This document shows, in pieces, positions 28,132 to 37,702 of a stretch of 64,000 nt of DNA. The notes under the pieces were generated by a model. It was not told the DNA's origin. It was given only the letters and a program-made list of their open reading frames with translations, and made no database searches. The position numbers were made by a program, and so were the translations under genes. Each line of letters begins with the position of its first letter. Position 1 is the first letter of the stretch. Source of the stretch: an uncultured Holophaga sp. Lineage in GTDB: Bacteria; Acidobacteriota; Holophagae; Holophagales; Holophagaceae. The stretch spans positions 1,056,001-1,120,000 of the forward strand of contig OY761614.1 of NCBI GenBank assembly GCA_963664825.1. Direction: 5' to 3'.

Positions 28132-29619
28132 ATGAGTGATGTCATTTCTCTCAATCCGAACAAGCTCGTGCGCGCCCTCGGGAAGCCCGCGGCCGAGCTC
28201 ACCAAGCAGGACATCATCCGGTTCATCGAGCAAAACGATATCCGGATGTTCAACTTCCGCTACGTGGCCGGGGACGGGCGTCTCAAGAAGCTGAACTTCG
28301 TCATCAATAGCCGGGCCCACCTGGAGAAGGTGCTCTCCATGGGGGAACGGGTGGACGGCTCCAGCCTCTTCCCCTTCATCTCCGCCGATTCCAGCGACCT
28401 CTACGTGGTGCCCCGGTACCGCACGGCCTTCGTCAATCCCTTCACGGAAGTGCCCACCCTCGACTTCATCTGCTCCTTCTACAACAACCAGGGCGAGCCC
28501 CTGGAGAGCGCCCCCGAGTACATCCTGCGCAAGGCGCAGAAGGAACTCAAGGCCAAGACCGGATGCACACTGGAGGCCCTGGGCGAGCTGGAGTACTACC
28601 TCTTCTCCGAGGTGGATCGCATCTATCCGATCATCGAGCAGAAGGGCTACCACGAGAGCCACCCCTTCTCCAAGTGGGGCCTGGTGCGGCGCGAGGCCAT
28701 GCAGGTCATCAGCGAAATGGGCGGCATGATCAAGTACGGCCACGCGGAAGTGGGCAACATCATCTTCGGGGATCTGGAGATGGTGCAGCACGAGATCGAA
28801 TTCCTGCCCGTGCCCATCGAGGACGCCGCCGATCAGCTGGTGACCGCCAAGTGGGCCCTCCGGGAAGTGGCCTATCGCCATGGGCTGGAGGTGAGCTTCG
28901 CCCCCAAGATCATCGTGGGCCAGGCCGGCAGCGGCATGCACTTCCACACCCGGCTGGTCAAGGACGGCGTGAATCTCATGGCCGACGAGAAGGGCCTCAC
29001 CGATACCGCCAGGAAAGTCATCGCGGGATACCTGATGTGCTCGGAATCCCTCACGGCCTTCGGCAACACCGTGCCGACTTCCTTCCTGCGCCTGGTGCCC
29101 CACCAGGAAGCGCCCACGAGCATCTGCTGGGGCGACCGCAATCGCTCCGTGCTCGTGCGCGTGCCACTGGGCTGGGTGGGCGTGGGCGACAGGATGCTCC
29201 GGGATGCCAATCCCCTCGAAGCCCCCGGCACGGGCATCTTCGAGAACAATCAGACCGTGGAAATCCGCAGCCCCGATGGGTCAGCCAATGTCCATCTGCT
29301 CCTGGCGGGTCTGGCGGTGGCCGCGCGCTTCGGGATGGAGCACCCCGACGCCCTGAAGATCGCCGAAGAGCTCTACGTCCGGGCCGACGCCAGCAAGATG
29401 GAGGGACTCAAGCAGCTTCCCGCCTCCTGCTTCGAGGCCGGCCAATGCCTGAAGCGCGACCGGGCCCGCTACGAAGCGGCGGGGATCTTCCCAGCCGGAC
29501 TCATCGATGCCCTGGCCCAGAATCTCCAGTCCTTCGACGACCAGGACATGAGCGAGAAGCTCTTCGGCAACGCCGAGAGCCTCCGCCTGCTCGTCCAGAG
29601 GCATCTGCACTGCGGCTGA
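28132..29619 (+). CDS. Glutamine synthetase family protein (type I-like)
   Basis: VDGSSLF, ELEYY, HAEVG, QHEIE, GSGMHFH, RLVPHQEAP, NRSVLVRVP, EIRSPD. Confidence 0.9.
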   Translation: MSDVISLNPNKLVRALGKPAAELTKQDIIRFIEQNDIRMFNFRYVAGDGRLKKLNFVINSRAHLEKVLSMGERVDGSSLFPFISADSSDLYVVPRYRTAFVNPFTEVPTLDFICSFYNNQGEPLESAPEYILRKAQKELKAKTGCTLEALGELEYYLFSEVDRIYPIIEQKGYHESHPFSKWGLVRREAMQVISEMGGMIKYGHAEVGNIIFGDLEMVQHEIEFLPVPIEDAADQLVTAKWALREVAYRHGLEVSFAPKIIVGQAGSGMHFHTRLVKDGVNLMADEKGLTDTARKVIAGYLMCSESLTAFGNTVPTSFLRLVPHQEAPTSICWGDRNRSVLVRVPLGWVGVGDRMLRDANPLEAPGTGIFENNQTVEIRSPDGSANVHLLLAGLAVAARFGMEHPDALKIAEELYVRADASKMEGLKQLPASCFEAGQCLKRDRARYEAAGIFPAGLIDALAQNLQSFDDQDMSEKLFGNAESLRLLVQRHLHCG

Positions 29620-29631
29620 TAGGGTCCGAAC

Positions 29632-31785
29632 TCAGATCAGCGGCGCCAATAGTTCCCGGTAGACGGGCATGGGCCAGAGCCGGGCGGCGCAATCCTTCTC
29701 GGCCTGGTCCAGCAGCAGGCGTAGGGCTTCTTGAGCCTGCTTCACGGACTTCCCGAAGGCCTCCGTGCGCGCGGTGGGTTCTTCCACCGCTTCCGCAGCC
29801 ACCATGGCGGCCTTGAGGGCCACCAGGCGTTCCTGGGCCTGGCCCACCAGATGCGTCTGCCCCTTCAGGGCGGCTTTCAGGGATTCGGGCACTTCGATCC
29901 CGGCGGCCCCCAGCTTCACCAGCGCATCGGCGCGTAGCCGCAGATCCTCCAGGAGGGCCGGCAGCACCAGGGTCTCGGCCATCTCCCGCAATACCTGGGC
30001 CTCGATGGAAAGGGTCTTCTGGTATTGCTCGTGGCGGATATGGATGCGGGCCTCCCATTCCTCCGGCGTGAGGATGCCCATGCCCGTGAGAACCTCCCGG
30101 GTGGCCTCCTCCTCGAAGATGTGGAGGGCGGCCACGGTGTCCCGGGCATGGGGGAGGCCCCGGCGCTCGGCCTCGGCCTTCCATTCCTCACCGTAGCCGT
30201 TGCCCTCGAAGCGGATGTTCTGGGTGTCCAGGACGGCCCTGCGCAGGACGGCGAGGAGGGCGACTGCGTTCTCCTTGCCCGAGGCGATCTCCCCCTCCAG
30301 TTCGGCCCTGAGGCAATCGAGGGCCTCCGCCACGGAGGCATTGATGACGGCCAGGGGAAAGGCGATGGGCTGACTCGACCCCACGGCCCGGAATTCGAAT
30401 TTGTTGCCCGTGAAGGCGAAGGGGCTCGTGCGATTGCGGTCCGTGGCATCCCTCTCCAACTGGGGCAGGTTGGCCAAGCCGAAGTCCAGGATGCGCTTGA
30501 CGCTGGCATCGGCCACATCGCCCCGGGCGATGGCGTCCAGCACGGCATTGAGTTGTCGGCCCAGGAAGGCGCTCATGATGGCCGGGGGAGCCTCGTTGGC
30601 CCCCAGGCGATGATCGTTGCCCGCGCTGGCGATGGCGGCCCGCAGGAGGCCGCCGTGGCGGTGGATGGCCTTCAGGGTCGCCGCCAGGAAAAACAGGAAC
30701 TGCAGGTTCTGTTCCGGCGTGCTCCCGGGTTCCAGCAGGTTCTGGCCCTCATCGGTGGCCAGGCTCCAGTTCACATGCTTGCCGCTGCCATTGACCCCCG
30801 CGAAGGGCTTCTCGTGGAGCAGGCACATCAGGCCATGCTTCTCGGCCACCCGCTTGAGGAGTTCCATCAGGAGCTGGTTGTGATCGCTGGCGAGGTTGGC
30901 GGGTTCAAAGATCGGCGCGATCTCGAACTGATTGGGCGCCACTTCGTTGTGGCGGGTCTTGGCGGGAATGCCCACCTTGAAGCACTCCACTTCCACGTCC
31001 TGCATGAAGCCGAGCACGCGGTCCTTGATGGAGCCGAAGTAGTGATCCTCCAGTTCCTGGCCCTTGGGAGGCCGCGCCCCCTGGAGGCTGCGACTGGCGA
31101 AGAGCAGATCCGGGCGCTGCTGGGCCAGTTTGAGATCCACCAGGAAATACTCCTGTTCCGCGCCGCACTGGGCGATTACCCGGGACGTGCGGGTGCCGAA
31201 ATGGGCCAGAGCCCCCTGGGCCGCCTTGCTGAGGGCCTCCATGGAACGCAGCAGGGGCACCTTGTGATCCAGGGCCTCGCCGTGGTAACCCACGAAGGCC
31301 GTGGGGATGCAGAGGGTCCTCCCGCCGGGCCCCTCCATGAGGAAGGCCGGACTGCCCGGGTCCCAGGCCGTATAGCCCCGGGCCTCGAAGGTGGCCCGGA
31401 GGCCCCCGCTGGGGAATGACGAGGCGTCTGATTCCCCCTGGATGAGCTGGGAGCCGCTGAAACACTCGATCACGGTGCCGGCTTCGTCCCAGGCGATGAA
31501 GGCGTCGTGCTTCTCCGCGGTGGCCCCTGTCATGGGCAGGAAACAGTGGGTGTAGTGGGTCGCCCCCTTCTCCATGGCCCATTCCTTCATGGCGTGGGCC
31601 ACGGAGCGCGCGATCTCCGGCGAGAGGGGTTCCCCCTTGCGGTGGGCGGAGCGGAAGGCCTTGTAGATATCCTTGGGCAGCTTCTCGCGCATGGCCCGGT
31701 CGTTGAAGGTATTGCAGCCGAAATAGCCGCTCACCTTCACCTGGTCCAGAGGACTCGTTCCATTGGAAAATGGGGTCGGGGTCAT
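29632..31785 (-). CDS. Glutamine synthetase type III
   Basis: TAEKHDAF, DASSFPSGGLRATFEARGYTAWD, HNEVAPNQFE, NGSGKHVNWS, HRLGANEAPP, DRNRTSPFAFTGNKFEFR; AAGGAGG RBS. Confidence 0.95.
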   Translation of the reverse strand: MTPTPFSNGTSPLDQVKVSGYFGCNTFNDRAMREKLPKDIYKAFRSAHRKGEPLSPEIARSVAHAMKEWAMEKGATHYTHCFLPMTGATAEKHDAFIAWDEAGTVIECFSGSQLIQGESDASSFPSGGLRATFEARGYTAWDPGSPAFLMEGPGGRTLCIPTAFVGYHGEALDHKVPLLRSMEALSKAAQGALAHFGTRTSRVIAQCGAEQEYFLVDLKLAQQRPDLLFASRSLQGARPPKGQELEDHYFGSIKDRVLGFMQDVEVECFKVGIPAKTRHNEVAPNQFEIAPIFEPANLASDHNQLLMELLKRVAEKHGLMCLLHEKPFAGVNGSGKHVNWSLATDEGQNLLEPGSTPEQNLQFLFFLAATLKAIHRHGGLLRAAIASAGNDHRLGANEAPPAIMSAFLGRQLNAVLDAIARGDVADASVKRILDFGLANLPQLERDATDRNRTSPFAFTGNKFEFRAVGSSQPIAFPLAVINASVAEALDCLRAELEGEIASGKENAVALLAVLRRAVLDTQNIRFEGNGYGEEWKAEAERRGLPHARDTVAALHIFEEEATREVLTGMGILTPEEWEARIHIRHEQYQKTLSIEAQVLREMAETLVLPALLEDLRLRADALVKLGAAGIEVPESLKAALKGQTHLVGQAQERLVALKAAMVAAEAVEEPTARTEAFGKSVKQAQEALRLLLDQAEKDCAARLWPMPVYRELLAPLI

Positions 31786-31806
31786 GGGGGCCTCCTTCAA
31801 ATGGAT

Positions 31807-31843
31807 AAAAGCAAAGCCACCACAGGCCTAGGACCCGTGGTGG
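31807..31843 (-). terminator. Terminator-like hairpin in the GSIII 5' leader
   Basis: Minus strand CCACCACGGGTC-CTA-GGCCTGTGGTGG followed by CTTTGCTTTT, just upstream of the RBS. Confidence 0.6.
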
Positions 31844-31884
31844 ACACGCTTGGGAGCAAGCTCTCGCTGACCAGATTACCAGCG

Positions 31885-31900
31885 TGTGACTCAGATCACA
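31885..31900. promoter_or_regulatory. CRP/FNR-family binding site candidate
   Basis: TGTGA-CTCAGA-TCACA, an exact TGTGA-N6-TCACA match, between divergent GSIII and nadA. Confidence 0.6.
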
Positions 31901-31967
31901 AGTCCAAACCCGTGAGGATAGAGATCCTGAACGCCCGGGCCACGGGCCCTGGGATTACACTTCAGGC

Positions 31968-32933
31968 ATGAGTCTTCCTCCCTACCACCCTGACCTGGAG
32001 AGCATCGAAGCCGGCCTGGATCTCCGGGCGGAGATCACTCGGCTCAGGGGAACACGCAAGGCCGTGATCCTGGCCCACTATTACCAGGAGCCTGATATCC
32101 AGGACCTGGCCGATTTCGTGGGGGACAGCCTCCAGCTGAGCCAGGCCGCCGCCAAGACCGATGCCGAGGTGATCGTGTTCTGCGGCGTCCACTTCATGGC
32201 CGAGACCGCCAAGATCCTGAGCCCGGGGAAAACCGTCGTGATCCCCGATCTGGACGCGGGGTGCAGCCTGGCGGATCGCTGCCCGGCGGGGGAATTCGGC
32301 CAGTGGCTGAAGCAGTATCCCGACCATGAAGTGGTCAGTTACATCAACTGTTCCGCGGACGTGAAGGCCCTCTCTACGGTGATCTGCACCAGTTCCAATG
32401 CGGTGCGGGTGGTGGAGAGTCTGCCCAGGGGAAAGAAAATCGTCTTCGCTCCGGACCGTCACCTAGGCGCCTGGGTCATGGCGCAGACGGGGCGCGATAT
32501 GGTGCTCTGGCCGGGCTTCTGCATCGTCCACGAGCAGTTCACCGCCAAGCGGGTCGCCCGTCTCAAGGCCCAATACCCCGAGGCCAAACTCATCGTCCAC
32601 CCCGAATGCGATGCCACCGTCAGCCGCATGGCCGATCTCGTGGGCAGCACGGCCGCCCTGCTGAAATACGTGATTGAGCGCCCCGAGCTTCAATTCATCG
32701 TGGGCACGGAGGCGGGCATCCTCCATCAGATGCGCCTGGCCCGGCCCGAGGCCGAACTCATCCCCATCCCCGCCGATAGCGGTTGCAATTGTTCCCTCTG
32801 TCCGTACATGAGGCTCAACTCCATCGAGAAGCTCTACCTCTGCCTGCGGGATCTCCAGCCGGAGATCACCCTGGAGGAAGATGTCCGTCAGAGGGCCCTG
32901 AAGCCCCTGGAGCGGATGCTGGCCCTGGGGTAG
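31968..32933 (+). CDS. nadA: Quinolinate synthase
   Basis: ILAHYYQ, GDSLQLS, FCGVHFMAETAKIL, AGCSLA, CIVHE, HPEC, CPYM. Confidence 0.96.
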   Translation: MSLPPYHPDLESIEAGLDLRAEITRLRGTRKAVILAHYYQEPDIQDLADFVGDSLQLSQAAAKTDAEVIVFCGVHFMAETAKILSPGKTVVIPDLDAGCSLADRCPAGEFGQWLKQYPDHEVVSYINCSADVKALSTVICTSSNAVRVVESLPRGKKIVFAPDRHLGAWVMAQTGRDMVLWPGFCIVHEQFTAKRVARLKAQYPEAKLIVHPECDATVSRMADLVGSTAALLKYVIERPELQFIVGTEAGILHQMRLARPEAELIPIPADSGCNCSLCPYMRLNSIEKLYLCLRDLQPEITLEEDVRQRALKPLERMLALG

Positions 32934-32945
32934 TCTGCTCCAGAC

Positions 32946-34511
32946 ATGCACACTCGCCACCTCACCCGCTTCCGCGCCGCCCGTTCCACGCGGCGGAATC
33001 CGCCTTGGTGGCAGCGGCTCCAGATGCGAAGCGGGGCGGTCCTGCTGACCCTGGCCATCACGGCCATCGCCCTGATCCTCGTCTGCGTGCCCCTCGTGTG
33101 GATGTACGCCCAGGTGGCCGATATCAGCGATTCCATCTCCACGATCTTCTCCCATGACATAACCCGGGTCGAGGAACACTGGATGGCCCTGCCCCGCATC
33201 ACGGCCCTGCGGCAGGGTGACGAGCCCGGGGTCTGCAAGCTGCTGGCCGAACAGCCCCTCCTGGTGGCCGTGATGGACCGGAACGAACCCGGCCGACTCT
33301 GGCTGCGGAAGGGCGATCACCTGGTGCTCAAGGGCCAGGAGCCCGAGCGCACGCGCTACCTCCAATGGATTGCCCAGGCCGCGGGTTCGGGGCGTTCCCA
33401 ATGGACTCCATCCCTGGCCGAGAACACGGACCCGAATCTCGGCCCGGCTATCGTGCTCTTGGGAGAGCGCTGGATCATCGTGAAACACTGGCGGCTGGGC
33501 AGCCCCCAGGTAGAACAGGCTCTGCGCCTCGTCCTCGGCCCCACTCCCAGGTTCCGGGCCGGCCTTCGCCGCACGGGGCAAGAGGAGGACAGACGGCAAG
33601 GATGGGGCGCGGAGCCCAACCTCCAGGTCGATCCGGCCCGCCTGACGGCACTTTGGTTCGCTTATCAAGGCACCAGCCCGGCCCTGGAAGGCTGGGATGT
33701 GGTCGCCATTCCCTTCAACCAGGAGAGAAGAGCCCTGGAGAGGCAGGCCCTCCGCCATGTCTGGATGGTCTTCCTGGCCACGGCAGGGGTGGTGGCTTGC
33801 CTGGGCCTCGGGCTCTGGCTGCGGCGCCGGGCGCGCCTGAGATCGGTGCTGGACGCCGATCGGCTGGCTTCCCTGACCCATAGCCTCAAGACACCCCTGG
33901 CCATCCTGAAATTCCGCTGTGATTCCATCCGGCTGGGGCGCCTGGACCCCGACCAGACGGATGCCGAACTGATCAAGGTCGGCGAAGAGGTGGACCAGCT
34001 CACTCTTGTGATCGAGAACGGCCTCGAATCCATACGGGGCGTGGCCGAGGCGGGCCCCCTGGGCGAAGTGAGCACGGCCTGGCTTTCGGAAATCGCCCAG
34101 GACCTGGAGCCGGCCTTCCAGGCCGAGGGAAGGCCCTTCCGCCTGGAACTCACCTCCGATTCCGGACAGGCAGCCCGCCCCTCCCTGCGGGCCGCCATTC
34201 TCACCCTGTTGGAGAACGCCCTCTACCACGGCAAGGGAGAAGTCCTCCTCCAGACGGTCCGAATCCGCCGCCGCCTCCAGATCCGGGTCCAGGATTCCGG
34301 GCTGGGCATGGAGCCACACCAACTGGCGGCCCTGGGGAAACCCTTCCTCCGACTGCGCATCCATGGCAAGGAAGGCTTCGAGCAAGAGGGCCAGGGTCTG
34401 GGGCTCAGCCTCCTCCTGCAGGTGGCCCGAAAGGAGGGCTGGGGATTAAGCTTCGCGTCAGCCCCTGGAGAGGGACTCCTGGCGACTCTCGAGATCAAGG
34501 CTCTGGAGTGA
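32946..34511 (+). CDS. Membrane sensor histidine kinase
   Basis: Two TM helices; H-box THSLKTPL, N-box LLENAL, G boxes DSGLG and GQGLGL. Confidence 0.85.
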   Translation: MHTRHLTRFRAARSTRRNPPWWQRLQMRSGAVLLTLAITAIALILVCVPLVWMYAQVADISDSISTIFSHDITRVEEHWMALPRITALRQGDEPGVCKLLAEQPLLVAVMDRNEPGRLWLRKGDHLVLKGQEPERTRYLQWIAQAAGSGRSQWTPSLAENTDPNLGPAIVLLGERWIIVKHWRLGSPQVEQALRLVLGPTPRFRAGLRRTGQEEDRRQGWGAEPNLQVDPARLTALWFAYQGTSPALEGWDVVAIPFNQERRALERQALRHVWMVFLATAGVVACLGLGLWLRRRARLRSVLDADRLASLTHSLKTPLAILKFRCDSIRLGRLDPDQTDAELIKVGEEVDQLTLVIENGLESIRGVAEAGPLGEVSTAWLSEIAQDLEPAFQAEGRPFRLELTSDSGQAARPSLRAAILTLLENALYHGKGEVLLQTVRIRRRLQIRVQDSGLGMEPHQLAALGKPFLRLRIHGKEGFEQEGQGLGLSLLLQVARKEGWGLSFASAPGEGLLATLEIKALE

Positions 34512-34625
34512 CCCTGAACTAACCTTGAAAAAATCGAGATCCCAGCCCTATGTGTCAAATTCACCGTTGCCTTTAAATCGTCCCGAGCGCACTGTAGAAG
34601 CCATTCCCCTTGAATCGAGCCCATC

Positions 34626-35318
34626 GTGACCCACCTCCTCGTGGTCGAAGACGAACCCAACCTCCAACAACTCCTTGTGAACAACCTCACCTTCGAGGGA
34701 TTCACCGTGGAGGCCGTGGGTGATGGGTTCCCGGCACTGGCGGCCCACCGGGCCCGGAAGGCCGATCTCATCGTCCTGGACCTCATGCTGCCCCAGCTGG
34801 ATGGCTACCAGGTAATCCAGGAGCTGCGGGGTTCCCAGGATCCTGTGCCGGTGCTCATGCTCACGGCTCGCGGTTCGGAAGCCGACCGGGTGCGGGGCCT
34901 CAGCCTGGGCGCCGACGATTATCTGGTGAAGCCCTTCTCCGTCCTTGAATTCATCGCCCGCATCAAGGCGATCCTCCGCCGGACCCAATCCCTGGATCAG
35001 CCCACCCTCCTCCGTTCAGGCCCCTTCCGCTTCGATCTGGTGGCTATGGATGCGCGGAGGGAACTCCGTAGCCTGGAACTCACCCCCCGGGAGTTCCGCT
35101 TGCTGGAGATCCTCATCACCCACCCGGGTCGCACCCATGGCCGCGTCGAGCTTCTCCAGCAGGCCTGGGAGGCCGATGCCCGCCCCACCCCCCGCACCGT
35201 GGATGTGCATATCGCCAATCTCCGCAAGAAACTGGGCGACGAGAAGAAGCGGGAGCTCATCGCCACGGTGGGAGGGGAAGGCTACCGCTGGACACTGCCT
35301 GTCGAACCGGGAGACTGA
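34626..35318 (+). CDS. OmpR/PhoB-family response regulator
   Basis: LVVEDE, LDLMLP, GADDYLVKPF, LTPREF, RTVDVHIANLRKKL. Confidence 0.93.
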   Translation: MTHLLVVEDEPNLQQLLVNNLTFEGFTVEAVGDGFPALAAHRARKADLIVLDLMLPQLDGYQVIQELRGSQDPVPVLMLTARGSEADRVRGLSLGADDYLVKPFSVLEFIARIKAILRRTQSLDQPTLLRSGPFRFDLVAMDARRELRSLELTPREFRLLEILITHPGRTHGRVELLQQAWEADARPTPRTVDVHIANLRKKLGDEKKRELIATVGGEGYRWTLPVEPGD

Positions 35319-35332
35319 TGCCGGGAGACTGA

Positions 35333-36121
35333 TTACTGAACGGTCGGATGGATAAGTTCCTGGGCCAAGCGGAGATTCAAGACTTCCGAGCCGGCACATA
35401 GGGTGAATTCGGCTCCGGCCATCAGTTCGGGCAGGGGCTTCAACCGGGGCTGGGGCAGGAGCATCACCTCGCCGGGGCAAAGAGTCGGCAGGACGATGCC
35501 CTCCCAGGCCTCCAGGGGCGCCGTGCGACGGCGTCCACTAGCCTTCAGCTCCAGGACGCCCTTCCAGGGGAAATCCACTTCCAGCCATGCCCCCAGCGCC
35601 GCGCCCTGGGCATCCTCCACCGCCAGGCAGAAGCCCGCGGGCCGCCCCCCGTGCTGGCCCACGGCCGCCAGGGTGGGCTGAGGCATCCGATGCAGAAGAC
35701 CTCCCGGTCCCTGCACGACCATGCGATCCAGCTGCCGCCCATCGGCCCCTCGGAGCAGCCGAGGGCGCGGCAGGCAGGGCAGCAGGCGGACCTGCGCCAG
35801 GTGAGGTGCCAATTCCTCGGGCAGATCGCCTCGGTGATGCCACTTCTCGGCGTACGCCAGGGTCTGGCGGAGGCGCTGCAAGGCCCGGGGCCCGGCTTCC
35901 AGCGTTTCCCGCAGGGTGGAGGCCACGAGGGCCTCGGCCAGGAGCTCCGGTCGGCCCTCTCCCAGCTTGGCCTGCCGGGCCCGCTCCATCCGGTGGAGAT
36001 CCACCACCCGGTCGGGATCGGAAGGGAGGGGCGCCACCAGGGCCTGCCTTTCCTTCGGGGCATCCAGCCAGAGGGCCGTGCCCAGGCGCAGGGAAATGGG
36101 AACTTTCGCCGCTGCCGTCAT
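35333..36121 (-). CDS. Hypothetical protein with fumarylacetoacetate-hydrolase-like N-terminal region
   Basis: RVVDL...ALV..TL.E.LEAG...VRLLPCLPRP resembles FAH-family N-termini; C-terminal half is divergent. Confidence 0.5.
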   Translation of the reverse strand: MTAAAKVPISLRLGTALWLDAPKERQALVAPLPSDPDRVVDLHRMERARQAKLGEGRPELLAEALVASTLRETLEAGPRALQRLRQTLAYAEKWHHRGDLPEELAPHLAQVRLLPCLPRPRLLRGADGRQLDRMVVQGPGGLLHRMPQPTLAAVGQHGGRPAGFCLAVEDAQGAALGAWLEVDFPWKGVLELKASGRRRTAPLEAWEGIVLPTLCPGEVMLLPQPRLKPLPELMAGAEFTLCAGSEVLNLRLAQELIHPTVQ

Positions 36122-36316
36122 AGGGCCTCCCCGGGGCGGGGCCTGGAATCCATCGAAAAAGGCAGGGGCAGGAATCCTCCTGTCGCGTTGGGAATGTTCA
36201 CGTCGTCTCCCGTGGCGCCGCCCAATGAGGGCTTTCGGTTCTTGAAAATGCGCAATCCGGAATGAAAGACCCGAGTGGGTCTTCCAATGAGCCTAGCCGA
36301 GGGATCATCCTGGGGT

Positions 36317-37672
36317 ATGGATGAACCCTGCACCAGGCCCTGGAACCCGGATCGCCGCTGGGCAGATCCGCTCATCACGCTTCTGCTGCTGCTTTCGCTG
36401 ATGAGCGCCTGGGGGACCATGGCCGCAAGGCGAGGCCCTCGCCCGGAGCCGCAGCGTCCAAGCCTCCAGGCCCGGGTCCAGGAGCTCCGCCAATCCGCCC
36501 AGGGCCTCCTGCATGCCCCCATGCCTTCCAAGCCAGAAGAGGCAGCGGCCTCCCCATTCTGGGATAGGGCCCTCCTGTCCATCCTGGCGGCCGAGCAGGG
36601 GGATCTGGCGCAGGGCCACAGGCTGGCCCTGGAGGGTTCCGGCACTCCGGGCCCCCTGGGAGAGAGCTTCCGCCGGAGCTGGCGGGCGGCCTACGAAGGG
36701 GGCAACGCGCCCAAGGCCCCGGAGCTGGACGCACTGCGGGAGCCCCTGGGCCGGGGATATGCCTACTGGAACCTCCGGGCCCGCCTGGCGGAACGCGCCT
36801 CCCTGGACCCCGGCCCATTCAGGGCCCAGGGCCGGGCCTGGGCCCTGCCGCGCCTGGCGGCCCTGGCCCTGGGAGCCTTGGTGGCGCTTGGCCTGGGGAT
36901 GCTGGGCCTGGTCGCCGCAGCGGGCCTAGCCTTCACCCGCAAGGGGCCTCGCCCGCCGGAAGCACCGGCCTCCTTCGCCATGCCCTGGCGCGCCCTGGCG
37001 CTGGCGCTCCTGGGCTGGTTCCTAGCCCAGCAGTGCGCCGGGACCCTGGCCACCCTTGCCCTCAGGCTCCTGCCCCTGCCCAGGATCCTGGCGCTCCCTA
37101 TCGCCTACGCCTTCCATGCCTTCGTGGGCGTCTCCCTGCTGCTGCACGCCGAGGGGATCAGCCTGCGGGAAGCCTGGAAGCGGGCGACCCCGGGGCCTCT
37201 GCCCCGGGCCCTGGGATGGGCTATCGCCTTCCTGGGCATCGCCATCGCGGCGGTGGTCATCGTGGGAACCCTCGCCAGTCCCCTGACCCGGGGAGCCACT
37301 CCCCCCCAACGCGAACTCCTCGATCTGGTGACGGGTCTCCGCAATCCCCTCCCGATGTGCGTCATCCTGCTCACCATCGCCGGCCTCGCCCCCCTCTTCG
37401 AGGAGTGGGTCTTCCGAGGCGTCCTCCTGCCCTGGCTCGGGCCGCGCCTGGGGGCGCGATGCGGTGCCCGTGGCGGATGGGCGCTGGCGATCCTATTGTC
37501 TGGCCTCGCCTTCGGTGCCATGCATCTCCAGCCCGCGGGCCTGCCGACCCTGGCCACCCTGGGCCTGGTGCTAGGCTGGGCCTTCTCCCGCACGGGCAAT
37601 CTCTGGACCAGCATCGCCGTCCACGCCTGCTGGAATGCCAGCGTCTTCCTGCTGATGCGCCTATTGGCTTAG
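36317..37672 (+). CDS. CPBP (CAAX/Abi) intramembrane metalloprotease
   Basis: APLFEEWVFRG, FGAMH, IAVHACWN. Confidence 0.88.
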   Translation: MDEPCTRPWNPDRRWADPLITLLLLLSLMSAWGTMAARRGPRPEPQRPSLQARVQELRQSAQGLLHAPMPSKPEEAAASPFWDRALLSILAAEQGDLAQGHRLALEGSGTPGPLGESFRRSWRAAYEGGNAPKAPELDALREPLGRGYAYWNLRARLAERASLDPGPFRAQGRAWALPRLAALALGALVALGLGMLGLVAAAGLAFTRKGPRPPEAPASFAMPWRALALALLGWFLAQQCAGTLATLALRLLPLPRILALPIAYAFHAFVGVSLLLHAEGISLREAWKRATPGPLPRALGWAIAFLGIAIAAVVIVGTLASPLTRGATPPQRELLDLVTGLRNPLPMCVILLTIAGLAPLFEEWVFRGVLLPWLGPRLGARCGARGGWALAILLSGLAFGAMHLQPAGLPTLATLGLVLGWAFSRTGNLWTSIAVHACWNASVFLLMRLLA

Positions 37673-37702
37673 CTCAGGCCTACTTCTAAAAAAAGGAATC
37701 CA

